Source: Gemmatimonadota bacterium (GTDB lineage: Bacteria > Gemmatimonadota > Gemmatimonadetes > Gemmatimonadales > GWC2-71-9). From it: a stretch of 64,000 nucleotides of DNA. Position numbers and translations under genes: made by a program. Shown here in pieces: positions 19,623 through 29,232 of the stretch (positions are counted from its first letter, which is position 1; every line of letters begins with the position of its first letter). The stretch lies in the NCBI GenBank assembly GCA_027294455.1, contig JAPULZ010000109.1, positions 13,259 through 77,258 on the forward strand, given 5' to 3'. Under the pieces are notes generated by a model. That model ran no database searches, had not been told where the DNA came from, and saw only the letters and a list, made by a program, of their open reading frames with translations.

Positions 19623-20788
19623 CGTGGCACGGCCGACCGGTAGAGCTGCTCCAGCATGTGGCGCACCTCGTCGGTCACGGCCACGTCGCGCCGCGGCATC
19701 ACCCGGGTGGCCACCGTGAGGAACCCGTCAGCGTTCATCACCTCGCCGCCCGTGCCCCAGGCAAACGGCGGGATGTACTTTGGCGGGCGGACGGCACCGA
19801 ACACGTTGGCACCCGTCCCGACCACGGTTCCGGTTTCGAACAGGGTGCCAATCGCCGTCTTGGCGTGATCGCCCACCAGGCTGCCGAGATACTGGCGATG
19901 CGTCTCGGTGAACTCGTCGCCGACCTGGAGCCGCACGTGCCCGTAGGTGTTCTTCAGATCGGACGTCACGGTGTTCGCCCCCAGATTGACCCACCGGCCG
20001 ACGGCGGAGTGGCCGACAAAACCTTCATGCGCCTTGTTGCCGTAGCCGAGGAAGACGGAATGCGAAATCTCCCCGTGCACGCGGCAGCGCGGGCCGATGG
20101 AGGACGCATGGATGCGGCCACCCAGCACTTCAGTCCCCGGGCCAACATAGAGCGGTCCCTCGAAGCGCGTGCCGGCCTTGACGTAGACATGCTGCTCCAG
20201 CACGATGGCACCGGCACGGGCATCGAAGGTGACCCCGGGTTCGACGCTGGCCCCCAGCAACACGACATCGAGGGGATCGCCGATCACCACGCACCCGTCG
20301 GGAATCGCGTCACCCCCCTCGTGCACGAAATCCGCGACGTCCGCCACCAGAAAGTGCTCCAAGGCCGTTATCAGGTCGAACGCGCCGTGCAGGAGAAATC
20401 CGTCCAGCTCGACGGCCCCCCACTCCGCACCACCCCCGTCCCACGTGGTACCCGCCGGGACCCACCAGCCCACGGTGTCCTCGCCGTTGGTGAGTCGCGC
20501 GGGGGCGTTGGGAAACTGGGGAGTCACCCCCGTGGGCGCGAAGTCCGACCGCCCCACGATGGCGGGACCGTCCACGGGCTCCACCGGCCCGACCCGGGCC
20601 GTGCTGTCCTCGGTGAAAGCGTGCAGGGACTCGGCCGGACTGAAGATGGCCTGTGTTTCACCGCCGGCGATGGCCTCCCACCGTTCGCGAATCAGCCACG
20701 CTCCCGCCCGCAGTTCGCTGATGGGTCGGGACGCGCCGAAGGGTGACCAGCGTGGACTCGGTTCGGGATCTTTCAGGTACAGGTTCAT
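19619..20788 (-). CDS. putative sugar nucleotidyltransferase with left-handed beta-helix (hexapeptide-repeat) C-terminal domain
   Basis: 389 aa. The C-terminal half shows hexapeptide periodicity (IGPRCRVHGEISHSVFLGYGNKAHEGFVGHSAVGRWVNLGANTVTSDLKN). 4-nt overlaps with manC upstream and the MBL gene downstream. Family assignment is by pattern only. Confidence 0.65.
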   Translation of the reverse strand: MNLYLKDPEPSPRWSPFGASRPISELRAGAWLIRERWEAIAGGETQAIFSPAESLHAFTEDSTARVGPVEPVDGPAIVGRSDFAPTGVTPQFPNAPARLTNGEDTVGWWVPAGTTWDGGGAEWGAVELDGFLLHGAFDLITALEHFLVADVADFVHEGGDAIPDGCVVIGDPLDVVLLGASVEPGVTFDARAGAIVLEQHVYVKAGTRFEGPLYVGPGTEVLGGRIHASSIGPRCRVHGEISHSVFLGYGNKAHEGFVGHSAVGRWVNLGANTVTSDLKNTYGHVRLQVGDEFTETHRQYLGSLVGDHAKTAIGTLFETGTVVGTGANVFGAVRPPKYIPPFAWGTGGEVMNADGFLTVATRVMPRRDVAVTDEVRHMLEQLYRSAVPR

Positions 20789-21822
20789 GGCAACTTGGCT
20801 CGAGGATCGATGGCCAGCGACGCCAGCAATTCTTTCAGGTCGGCGGCGCGATCGCGCGTCGTCACCAATATGACTCCGTTGGCTCGCACGACCACGAGGT
20901 CAGAGACGCCGTCCAGCACCAACATGTCCTCATCGACCCAGGCCACACAACCGGACGAGTCGCGTTGCCGCACGTGCCCCTCGAACGCGTTGCCGCGTTC
21001 GTCGGTAGGCAACACTCGGAGGAGCGCGGCCCACGTCCCCACGTCATCCCACGGGAAGGGCCCCGGAACCACGGCGACGCGTTCGGAACGCTCGAAATGT
21101 GACACATCCACGGCAATTGGCGTCACGTGTGCGAAGTACCCGGCAACATCGTCCCGCTCCAGGAACTGAAGGGCCCCGGCAATCTCCGGTGCCACCGCCT
21201 GCGTTTCGGCCATGAATCGCGTGGCCGTCCACGCGAAGAGACCGCTATTCCAGAGCGCGCCCGACTCCACCAGCGCCTCGGCTTGTTTGCGCTGGGGCTT
21301 TTCGGTGAACCGCGCCACCCGCCGCGCATCGCCGGCCAGCACGTCGCCCGGTTCGATGTAGCCATAGCCGGTCTCGGGCCGGTCAGGCACGATGCCCACG
21401 GTGACGAGCACGTCGTGGTGCTCGGCCGTCTCCAGGGCGCTCAGGGCGGCGTCCCGAAACGCCACGTCGTCACCCACACACCAATCGGCGTGGAGCGACA
21501 GCAGCGTGGCGTCGGGATCGCGGGCGGCGGCGACGGCGGTGGCCCATGCCAGGGCCGGCCCGGTGGAAGCCGGCCGGGGCTCGGCCAGGACGTTGTCGGC
21601 CGGGATGGAGGGCAGCAGCGCCCGGGTGGCCGGCGCCAGATTCGCGGCGGTCACCACGAGGACCCGCTCCGGGGGAATCAGCCCGGCGAGGCGCGCGACG
21701 GCCTGTTGGAGTAACGGCGTGTCCCCGACCAGGGGAAGCATTTGCTTGGGGCGTTCGGGAGTTGAGAGGGGCCAAAACCGCGTGCCCGAGCCACCCGCCA
21801 GCACCGCCGCCCAACGACTCAT
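20785..21822 (-). CDS. manC: mannose-1-phosphate guanylyltransferase
   Basis: 345 aa. AVLAGGSGTRFWPLS....PKQMLPL at the N-terminus and GYGYIE in the nucleotidyltransferase core. Confidence 0.88.
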   Translation of the reverse strand: MSRWAAVLAGGSGTRFWPLSTPERPKQMLPLVGDTPLLQQAVARLAGLIPPERVLVVTAANLAPATRALLPSIPADNVLAEPRPASTGPALAWATAVAAARDPDATLLSLHADWCVGDDVAFRDAALSALETAEHHDVLVTVGIVPDRPETGYGYIEPGDVLAGDARRVARFTEKPQRKQAEALVESGALWNSGLFAWTATRFMAETQAVAPEIAGALQFLERDDVAGYFAHVTPIAVDVSHFERSERVAVVPGPFPWDDVGTWAALLRVLPTDERGNAFEGHVRQRDSSGCVAWVDEDMLVLDGVSDLVVVRANGVILVTTRDRAADLKELLASLAIDPRAKLP

Positions 21823-21837
21823 GGCCGGACCGCGTGC

Positions 21838-22227
21838 TTACAAGAGGGCGGCGATTGCAGAGCGATAGCGTCGGAGTTCGTACAGCAACCCGCCCACGTC
21901 GGCGTGGGATTGGACCACGAGCGCCAATAAGGCTTCGGCACTCACCGCGGAGACGATGATGAACCCGTTGCCGAACTCGACCACCCCGGCGTGGAACTCC
22001 CCCCGGGTCCCCGCCTGGCCCAACTGGGTGCACGCGTCGACCAGCGACGGCACCAAGGCGGCTACGCGCTCGATGTCGAGGCCGTTCCGGGAAGTCGAGT
22101 CGATGGGGAGCCCGTCACGCCCCAGCACCAACACGGTATCGACGCCATCGCGCTGCCCGAAGGCCTGGACGATTTCCCGAATGGTCGCCATCGGCGGCAA
22201 GGTAGAAAGCGCCTCCGGCGAAGTCAA
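21838..22227 (-). CDS. Roadblock/LC7 domain protein
   Basis: 129 aa. GVDTVLVLGRDGLPIDS......ERVAALVPSL......GEFHAGVVEFGNGFIIVSAV fits the Roadblock/LC7 (MglB-like) fold pattern. Assigned by pattern only. Confidence 0.7.
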   Translation of the reverse strand: MTSPEALSTLPPMATIREIVQAFGQRDGVDTVLVLGRDGLPIDSTSRNGLDIERVAALVPSLVDACTQLGQAGTRGEFHAGVVEFGNGFIIVSAVSAEALLALVVQSHADVGGLLYELRRYRSAIAALL

Positions 22228-22239
22228 GCAATCTTCGGG

Positions 22240-22268
22240 TTGACCGCCTTTTGGGAGCCAAGTAATCT
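22240..22268 (+). promoter_or_regulatory. sigma70-like promoter, TTGACC-17 nt-TAATCT
   Basis: -35 at 22240-22245 and -10 at 22263-22268. The -10 ends 12 nt before the ATG at 22281. Confidence 0.45.
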
Positions 22269-22280
22269 TCTGCGATTCAC

Positions 22281-22865
22281 ATGCGTGCTATGTCCTTTTC
22301 CCGATTCATCTTGACGCTCGCAGCGCCGGCGCCGTTTCTCGCCGCCGCCGCGTGCGGTAGCAGCCTCGATCTACCGCCGGCCCTGTTGTCGAACATCGTC
22401 GACACGGCAACGATCCATGCGTTGCAGGGGACCGACATCGGCCTGCCGAGCGGCTTCGACGTCACGACCGGCTCGCTCGCTCGTACCGACCGTGGCTTCG
22501 AACCGTTCGACTTCGCCTACGACATCGATCCCGGGGGCAACTCGGTGATCCTCACCCTGGGCGTGTTGGGCTTGGCGCCCGCATCGGCCATCCAGATGTC
22601 GAATCGCTCGTTTCCCGACATCACGATCGCACCCCTCGACGACTACGAAGACGACAGCACCATGACCGTCGAGTTGGACGACGTGTTCATCGTCCGATCG
22701 CGGGCCACGTCGGCCGGTTGCGCGTTTTTCCTCGGATCCTTGCCGCGTTACGGCAAGTTTCGAGTCCTCGCCATCGACCAGAATCTGCGCCAGATTATGC
22801 TCGAGCACGTCGTCAATCTCAATTGTGGCTATCGCGGTCTCGAACCGGGCGTTCCCACCAACTGA
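22281..22865 (+). CDS. hypothetical lipoprotein
   Basis: 194 aa with a lipobox-like N-terminus (LAAPAPFLAAAACGSS). No family recognised. Confidence 0.6.
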   Translation: MRAMSFSRFILTLAAPAPFLAAAACGSSLDLPPALLSNIVDTATIHALQGTDIGLPSGFDVTTGSLARTDRGFEPFDFAYDIDPGGNSVILTLGVLGLAPASAIQMSNRSFPDITIAPLDDYEDDSTMTVELDDVFIVRSRATSAGCAFFLGSLPRYGKFRVLAIDQNLRQIMLEHVVNLNCGYRGLEPGVPTN

Positions 22866-22871
22866 CAGACC

Positions 22872-24149
22872 GTGATCGATCTCAAACAGCTTCGTGACGC
22901 GCCCGAGGAGTTCAAGGCGGCGGCGGCACGGCGCGACGCCGGCCTCGTGCCGGCCCTCGACGCGATCCTCGAATTGGACGAGCGGCGCCGCCAAGCCCTC
23001 AAACGCGTCGAAAGTCTGAAGGCGGAGCAGAACAAGGCGTCCACCGAAGTCGCCCAGCTGAAGCAGAGCGGCGCCGATGTATCCGAGTTCATCGGCCGGC
23101 TCAAGGTACTGAGCGACACGATCAGGAAATTGGATCAGGAGCTGCGGGACGTGGAAAGGCAGTTGCGGGATCGCCTGCTGAAGATCCCCAACGTCCCGCT
23201 CGCCGGCGTCCCTGAGGGAGATGCCTCCGCCAACCTGGAGCTTCGCACCTGGGGCACACCGCCGGTGTTCGCTTTCGCGCCCAAGCCGCACTGGGAGTTG
23301 GGCGAGACGTTGGGCGTGCTGGATCTGGCGCGGGGCGCGAAGGTCGCCGGCAGCGGCTTTCCGGTCTACACCGGCATGGGCGCCCGCCTGGTGCGGGGCT
23401 TGATCAACTTCATGATGGACCTCCACGCCGAGCAACACGGCTATCACGAGATCTGGCCGCCGGCACTCGTGAACGAGGCCAGCGCGTTGGGGACGGGACA
23501 GCTGCCGGACTTGGAAAACAACATGTACGTCACGGAGGATGGGCTCTATCTGGTTCCCACCGCCGAGGTGCCGGTGACGAACCTCCACCGCGACGAGATT
23601 CTCTCGGCCGACCAGATGCCGCTGGCGTATGTAGCGTATTCTCCTTGCTTTCGCCGCGAGGCCGGTGCCCACGGCAAGGACACGAGGGGCATCATCCGGA
23701 TCCACCAGTTCGACAAGGTGGAACTCGTGCGTTGTTGCACACCGGAGACGTCGGACGACGAGCTGGAGTTGCTGCTCGGGCACGCCGAGACGGTGTTGCA
23801 GTTGCTCGATCTGCCCTATCGGGTGGTGGCGCTGGCCACCGGAGACCTGGGATTCGCGAGCGCCCGCACCTACGACCTCGAGGTCTTTGCCCCGGGCGTG
23901 GACGCGTGGCTCGAGGTGTCGAGCGCGAGCGTGTTCACCGATTTTCAGGCACGCCGTGCAAACATTCGGTACCGTCCGGCGTCCGGCGGGAAGCTGAGGT
24001 TCGTGCACACGCTGAATGCCTCCGGCCTCGCCTTGCCGCGCACGATCATCGCGCTGCTGGAGAACCACCAGCAGGACGACGGCACTGTGCGCCTGCCCGA
24101 CGTGTTGATGCCGTATTTGGGAGTGGATCGCCTCACGCCACATGCTTAG
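22872..24149 (+). CDS. serS: seryl-tRNA synthetase
   Basis: 425 aa. N-terminal coiled-coil (IDLKQLRD.PE......RR) and class-II core (FRREAGAHGKDTRGIIRIHQFDKVE, TLNASGLALPRTIIALLENHQ). Confidence 0.97.
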   Translation: MIDLKQLRDAPEEFKAAAARRDAGLVPALDAILELDERRRQALKRVESLKAEQNKASTEVAQLKQSGADVSEFIGRLKVLSDTIRKLDQELRDVERQLRDRLLKIPNVPLAGVPEGDASANLELRTWGTPPVFAFAPKPHWELGETLGVLDLARGAKVAGSGFPVYTGMGARLVRGLINFMMDLHAEQHGYHEIWPPALVNEASALGTGQLPDLENNMYVTEDGLYLVPTAEVPVTNLHRDEILSADQMPLAYVAYSPCFRREAGAHGKDTRGIIRIHQFDKVELVRCCTPETSDDELELLLGHAETVLQLLDLPYRVVALATGDLGFASARTYDLEVFAPGVDAWLEVSSASVFTDFQARRANIRYRPASGGKLRFVHTLNASGLALPRTIIALLENHQQDDGTVRLPDVLMPYLGVDRLTPHA

Positions 24150-25332
24150 GATCGGGAGGCGTCTGCGCCGTGCGGCCCCTGCCATCGCGTTCGGGTTGGC
24201 ACTGATCGTCGGGGGGATTTCCCTCTGGCAAGCGCTGGGAATCGTGGGCCACTTGCGAGCCGAGGCTCGCGATCAGACGGCGATCTGGGGCCGCATCGTC
24301 GGGGTCCTGAACGACACGACGCCCGAGGTCCAGATGGACCAGCTCATCCAAATCATCGAACAGATCAAGCAGAGCGGGATTCCGCTGGTGGTGACCGACA
24401 GCTCCGGGGGCGTCACGGCCTGTGAGAACCTGCTCCTCGAGCCCGATCCCTGCGCCATCGCTCCCGCGCACAACCTGACGGATCCACGGATCGGCGTGCT
24501 GGCCCGCCAGTTCGCCCAATCGAACCCACCCGTCGAGACCACCGATGGCGGTCGCATCTACTACGGCTCGACCCAAGCGGGCCGACAGCTGACGTTGCTG
24601 GCCGTGCTCCAGCTGCTCGTGCTCGCCCTGGCCCTCTCGGCCGGTGTGTGGGGATACCGCGCGGCCGCCCATCTCCACCGGGATCGTTTGTGGGTCGCCA
24701 TGGCGCGGGAGTCGGCCCATCAGTTGGGCACGCCGCTCATGAGCGCGGCGGCGTGGATCGAACGGCTGCGCGACGCTGGGGCCGACAACAAGAAGATCGC
24801 CAAGCACCTGCGGGCGGACCTCGACCGGCTGGAACGCGTCGCGCAGCGTTTCGAGCGCATAGGGCGTCCGGCGCGACAGGAGCGGGTGGGAATGGGCTCG
24901 CTCACCGCCCGCGTCGCCACCTATTTCCAGCCGCGCCTACCGCGTCACGCCAACAAGATCGCGTTGTCGGTCCACGCGCCGTCGGCCGGCCCCATGGTGT
25001 CGGGCGACCCGGTGCTGCTCGAGTGGGCGGTGGAAGCCCTCATCCGCAACTCCATCGACGCCTTGAGCGGCCGCGGCGGCCGCATCGACGCCAGCGTGCG
25101 CCGCGAGGGTGAGACCGTGATCCTCGTGGTGGAAGACGACGGTCCGGGCATCGGGATCGAAGTACGGGACACCCTGTTCGAACCCGGCATCACCACCAAA
25201 TCGGGGGGGTGGGGCATCGGCCTGGCCCTGGCCAGCCGCATTTTCGAGGACGTGCACGGCGGGCGGTTGCGATTCGAGGCCATCGAGCAGGGCGCCCGGT
25301 TCGTCGCGGAGCTACCGGCCGAGATGAAATGA
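24142..25332 (+). CDS. sensor histidine kinase (two TM segments, extracytoplasmic loop, HisKA + HATPase)
   Basis: 396 aa. H-box ESAHQLGTPL, N-box LIRNSIDA, G-boxes VEDDGPGI and GGWGIGLALA. 8-nt overlap with serS and 4-nt overlap with uvrD. Confidence 0.85.
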   Translation: MLRIGRRLRRAAPAIAFGLALIVGGISLWQALGIVGHLRAEARDQTAIWGRIVGVLNDTTPEVQMDQLIQIIEQIKQSGIPLVVTDSSGGVTACENLLLEPDPCAIAPAHNLTDPRIGVLARQFAQSNPPVETTDGGRIYYGSTQAGRQLTLLAVLQLLVLALALSAGVWGYRAAAHLHRDRLWVAMARESAHQLGTPLMSAAAWIERLRDAGADNKKIAKHLRADLDRLERVAQRFERIGRPARQERVGMGSLTARVATYFQPRLPRHANKIALSVHAPSAGPMVSGDPVLLEWAVEALIRNSIDALSGRGGRIDASVRREGETVILVVEDDGPGIGIEVRDTLFEPGITTKSGGWGIGLALASRIFEDVHGGRLRFEAIEQGARFVAELPAEMK

Positions 25333-27554
25333 CCACGCCGTCTCTACCACTCAACGAGGCGCAGCGGCAAGCGGTCGAGTTGGGCGACGGCCCCACCCTG
25401 GTGCTCGCCGGTGCGGGCTCGGGGAAGACCCGCGTGATTGCCGCGCGCATCGCCCACTTGGTGCGCCACCGGAACGTGCGCCCGGAGCAGATTTTCGCGG
25501 TCACGTTCACGAACAAGGCCGCGGCCGAGATGCGAAACCGCATCGCCGCCTTGCTGGGTCGCGAGCCCACCGGGCTTTGGATCGGCACCTTCCATTCCCT
25601 CTCCGCGCGCCTGCTGAGGCGGGAAGCGGAGCGGTTGGGATTCACGAGCCGGTTTACGATCTACGACGCCGATGACCAGCTCGCGCTCCTCAAACATCTG
25701 CTCGACGACGCGGGATATGCGCCGAAGGCGTTTCCGCCGCGGGTCGTTCGCGCCCTCATCTCGAATGCCAAGAACCGGATGGTGCCGCCCGAGGAGTTGG
25801 CCGCCGAGGCGCGAGAACCCATCGAGCGAGTGGCCGCCGAGATCCATTTGACGTACAACCGGCGGCTGGCGGCACAAAACGCCATGGATTTCGACGATCT
25901 CCTGCTGCATCCGCTGACGCTTTTCCGCGAGCACCCCGAGCGCCTGGCCGTCTACCAGCAACGTTTCCGCTGCGTGTTGGTAGACGAGTTTCAAGACACC
26001 AACCGCGCCCAATACCTGCTGGTCCGCCATCTGAGCGCCGCGCATGAGAATCTCTGCGTGGTTGGGGATGACGACCAATCCATCTACGGGTGGCGCGGCG
26101 CGGAGGTGCGCAACATGCTCGACTTCGAGCGCGACTTCCCGCGTGTGACGGTGGTTCGGCTGGAAGAAAATTACCGGTCGACGCAAATGGTCCTCGACGC
26201 GGCCAACGGCGTCATCGCCGAGAACACCGACCGGCTCGGCAAGACATTGTTCACCTCGCGGGGGGGCGGCGAACCGGTGGTGGTGGTGACCGCCGCCGAC
26301 GAACGGGACGAGGCCGAGTGGGTCGCGCGCGAGTATCGCGAGCGGTCCGCCACCGATCATTATGTCTTCGCCGACATGGCGGTCCTGTATCGGACGAACG
26401 CTCAGTCCCGGGCCTTCGAAGAAGCCTTTCGTCGCGCGGCAGTGCCGTACCGCGTTGTCGGCTCGGTCAGCTTCTTTGCGCGTCGCGAGGTGCGCGACCT
26501 CGTCGCCTATCTCCGCCTGATTTCCAATCCGGCCGACGACCAGGCCTTCCTGCGCGCCGTCCAGGTTCCCAAACGCGGACTGGGGCTAGCCAGCATCCGG
26601 ACGCTGCAAGGGGTGGCAGCCCAGTGGGGGCGGTCCATGCTCGACACGGCGGGCATCGCCGACCGCGTATCGTCGCTGCGCCCACAAGCCAAAAATGCCT
26701 TTCGCGCCTTCGCCAAGCTCATCCAAAGCTCGAGCTCCGGAATCGCCACCGCGGCCCCTGCCGCGATTCTCGAACGCCTCATCGAAGCGACGCACTACGA
26801 CGCGTACCTGGCGGAAGAAGGCGCCGAGGGTGTGGACCGGATGGAAAACGTGCGGGAGCTGCTCGCGAGCGCGGCGGAGTGGTCGGAGGAGATCGACCCC
26901 GACGACCCCGGCACGCCGTTGGAACGGTTTCTCACCTCGGCGGCGCTCACGACGTCGGATGAATCGGTGGACGGCGATCCCGAGGGCGTGCAGTTGATGA
27001 CGGTGCATACGGCCAAGGGACTCGAGTGGCCGGTGGTCACCATCGCGGGCATGGAGGACGGGCTTTTCCCCCTGAGCCGTTCCACGGAAGCACCTGGCGG
27101 CCTCGCAGAAGAACGGCGGCTACTCTACGTGGCCATCACGCGCGCCCGCGACCGCCTATACCTCACGTGGGCCCGCTCGCGGCGGCGCGGTGGACAGTTC
27201 ATGCCTGGGATCGTTTCCCGCTTCATCGAGACCATTCCCCCCGAGGTCGTGGAGGAGCGCCGCACCAGCGGCGTGTTCGGCGGGGATTGGTACCGCAAGG
27301 CGGCAAGGCCGAAACACTTGGTCTACGGCGGGACCTCCCCCGAGGAGCCGCCCGAGATGGAGTCACAGGACGCACCCCGGTACATCAAGGGGGAGCGCGT
27401 GCGGCATCGCTCGTTCGGTTCGGGCGTCATTCGTGGTCTCGACGGCACGGGCCGGGACCTCAAGGTCATCGTGGAGTTCGACGACCAAGAGGTGGCGACC
27501 AAACATCTCCTCATCACCTACGCGGGCCTCGAGCGCGACTGGGATCCGGCATGA
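25329..27554 (+). CDS. UvrD/PcrA/Rep-family ATP-dependent DNA helicase
   Basis: ATG at 25329 gives LNEAQRQAVE...LVLAGAGSGKTRV, FTNKAA.EM, VDEFQDTN, LEENYRS, TVHTAKGLEWPVV, RRLLYVAITRAR. The ORF-track start at 25209 lies inside the kinase gene. Confidence 0.93.
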   Translation: MTTPSLPLNEAQRQAVELGDGPTLVLAGAGSGKTRVIAARIAHLVRHRNVRPEQIFAVTFTNKAAAEMRNRIAALLGREPTGLWIGTFHSLSARLLRREAERLGFTSRFTIYDADDQLALLKHLLDDAGYAPKAFPPRVVRALISNAKNRMVPPEELAAEAREPIERVAAEIHLTYNRRLAAQNAMDFDDLLLHPLTLFREHPERLAVYQQRFRCVLVDEFQDTNRAQYLLVRHLSAAHENLCVVGDDDQSIYGWRGAEVRNMLDFERDFPRVTVVRLEENYRSTQMVLDAANGVIAENTDRLGKTLFTSRGGGEPVVVVTAADERDEAEWVAREYRERSATDHYVFADMAVLYRTNAQSRAFEEAFRRAAVPYRVVGSVSFFARREVRDLVAYLRLISNPADDQAFLRAVQVPKRGLGLASIRTLQGVAAQWGRSMLDTAGIADRVSSLRPQAKNAFRAFAKLIQSSSSGIATAAPAAILERLIEATHYDAYLAEEGAEGVDRMENVRELLASAAEWSEEIDPDDPGTPLERFLTSAALTTSDESVDGDPEGVQLMTVHTAKGLEWPVVTIAGMEDGLFPLSRSTEAPGGLAEERRLLYVAITRARDRLYLTWARSRRRGGQFMPGIVSRFIETIPPEVVEERRTSGVFGGDWYRKAARPKHLVYGGTSPEEPPEMESQDAPRYIKGERVRHRSFGSGVIRGLDGTGRDLKVIVEFDDQEVATKHLLITYAGLERDWDPA

Positions 27555-27847
27555 GCATATCGCGGGAGGAGATCGAACGCCTGGCGGCCCTCGCCCGCGT
27601 CGGCGTCGATGCCGCATCGCTCGAACGACTCACCAAACAAATCGGCGACATCCTCGACTACGCTGCGCAGCTCGAAGCGGTGGACGCGGCCAACGCCGAA
27701 CCTTTCCGGCCGGGGCCGGGCCACACCCCCCTGCGGTCCGACGTCGTGGATCCGCCACCCATGACCTTGCGCCCCGCGCAGATGGCTCCCGAGTTCGCAC
27801 AGGGCTTCTACGTCGTGCCCAAGGTCGGCGAGCTGGGCGACTCCTGA
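27551..27847 (+). CDS. gatC: Asp/Glu-tRNA amidotransferase subunit C
   Basis: 98 aa from ATG 27551. ISREEIERLAALARV.....LERLTKQIGDILDYAAQLE. Precedes gatA and gatB. Confidence 0.9.
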   Translation: MSISREEIERLAALARVGVDAASLERLTKQIGDILDYAAQLEAVDAANAEPFRPGPGHTPLRSDVVDPPPMTLRPAQMAPEFAQGFYVVPKVGELGDS

Positions 27848-29232
27848 TGCCCCAGGCGACCCCCATCCCGAGCGACGTCGTCGCACGCATCGCGCGAGTA
27901 GAGGAGCGAGGCGTGAACGCGACCCTCGCCTTCGAGGCCGACACCGTGTTGCAGCAGGCGCGTGCGTTGGCGGAGCGGCCGGAGACCACGGCACTCGACG
28001 GCTTGGCGCTCGGCATCAAGGACAACATCTGCACGCTGGAGTATCCCACCACCTGTGCGTCGCGCATGCTGGAGGGATACCGATCGCCGTACGAGGCCAC
28101 GGCGGTGTCGCGCCTGAAGGCCGCCGGGGGGATCATCGCGTGCAAGACGAATCTCGACGAGTTCGCCATGGGCTCTTCCACCGAACACTCGGCGTTCGGT
28201 CGGGTGGAGCACCCGTTGGTTCCCGACCGCGTTCCCGGCGGGTCGTCGGGCGGGTCGGCCGCCCTGGTGGCGGCGGGCGCGGTCGAGGCAGCGCTCGGAT
28301 CGGACACCGGGGGATCGGTGCGGCAGCCCGCGGCGTTTTGCGGCGTGGTGGGCTTCAAGCCGAGCTACGGACGCGTGAGTCGCCACGGCTTGGTGGCGTT
28401 CGGCAGTTCGTTGGATCAAATCGGCGTGTTCGCTTCGTCGGTTACACGCGCGGCATCGATCGTCGGGGTCATCTCCGGCCGGGACCCCAGCGACGCGACC
28501 TGTCGCGACCTCGATCCGGTGCAGCCCGCGTTGGAGCGACGCGATCTTCGGGGCTTGGTCGTGGGATTTCCGGAAGAGTACTTTCCCGCCGATCTCGACC
28601 CGGCCATCCGCGCCGCGTGTGACAAGACGATCAGAGCACTGCGGGACGCGGGGGCCGCGGTGAAAGCGGTCTCACTCCCCCATGCGGCCTTGGCCGTGCC
28701 GTGTTACTACGTCATCGCACCGGCGGAAGCCAGCGCCAATCTCGCCCGCTACGACGGGGTGCGATACGGGAACCGGGTTCCGTCCCACGAGTTGTTCGCC
28801 CTCTACCGGGAGACCCGGGGGCGGGGGTTTGGCGACGAAGTCCGGCGGAGGATCATCGTCGGGACCTACGTGCTCTCGTCCGGCTACTATGACGCTTACT
28901 ACGGGAGGGCCCAAATCGCCCGTGGCAAGATCGTCGGCGACTTCGCCGCCGTGTTCGACGATGGCGTCGACGTGCTGTTCACGCCGACCACGCCAACCCT
29001 CGCCTTCAAGGCAGGCGAATGCGTGGAGGACCCGATCGCCATGTGTCGCACGGACGTCTTCGTCTGCTCGGCCAACCTGGCCGGCATTCCCGCCGTCTCG
29101 CTCCCCATCGGCCGCAGCGAGGGGCTTCCCATCGGCGGCCAGTTCATGGGAGCTGCCCTGGCCGACGAGTTGTTGTTGGACGTAGCGCACGTGGTCGAAG
29201 GCCTGATCGATGGCGCGGAGGAAGCGCGGTGA
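27847..29232 (+). CDS. gatA: Asp/Glu-tRNA amidotransferase subunit A
   Basis: ATG at 27847. Amidase signature GIKDNICT...TNLDEFAMGSSTE.S.FG...PGGSSGGSAA.VAAG....LGSDTGGSVRQPAAFCG. Confidence 0.95.
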   Translation: MPQATPIPSDVVARIARVEERGVNATLAFEADTVLQQARALAERPETTALDGLALGIKDNICTLEYPTTCASRMLEGYRSPYEATAVSRLKAAGGIIACKTNLDEFAMGSSTEHSAFGRVEHPLVPDRVPGGSSGGSAALVAAGAVEAALGSDTGGSVRQPAAFCGVVGFKPSYGRVSRHGLVAFGSSLDQIGVFASSVTRAASIVGVISGRDPSDATCRDLDPVQPALERRDLRGLVVGFPEEYFPADLDPAIRAACDKTIRALRDAGAAVKAVSLPHAALAVPCYYVIAPAEASANLARYDGVRYGNRVPSHELFALYRETRGRGFGDEVRRRIIVGTYVLSSGYYDAYYGRAQIARGKIVGDFAAVFDDGVDVLFTPTTPTLAFKAGECVEDPIAMCRTDVFVCSANLAGIPAVSLPIGRSEGLPIGGQFMGAALADELLLDVAHVVEGLIDGAEEAR

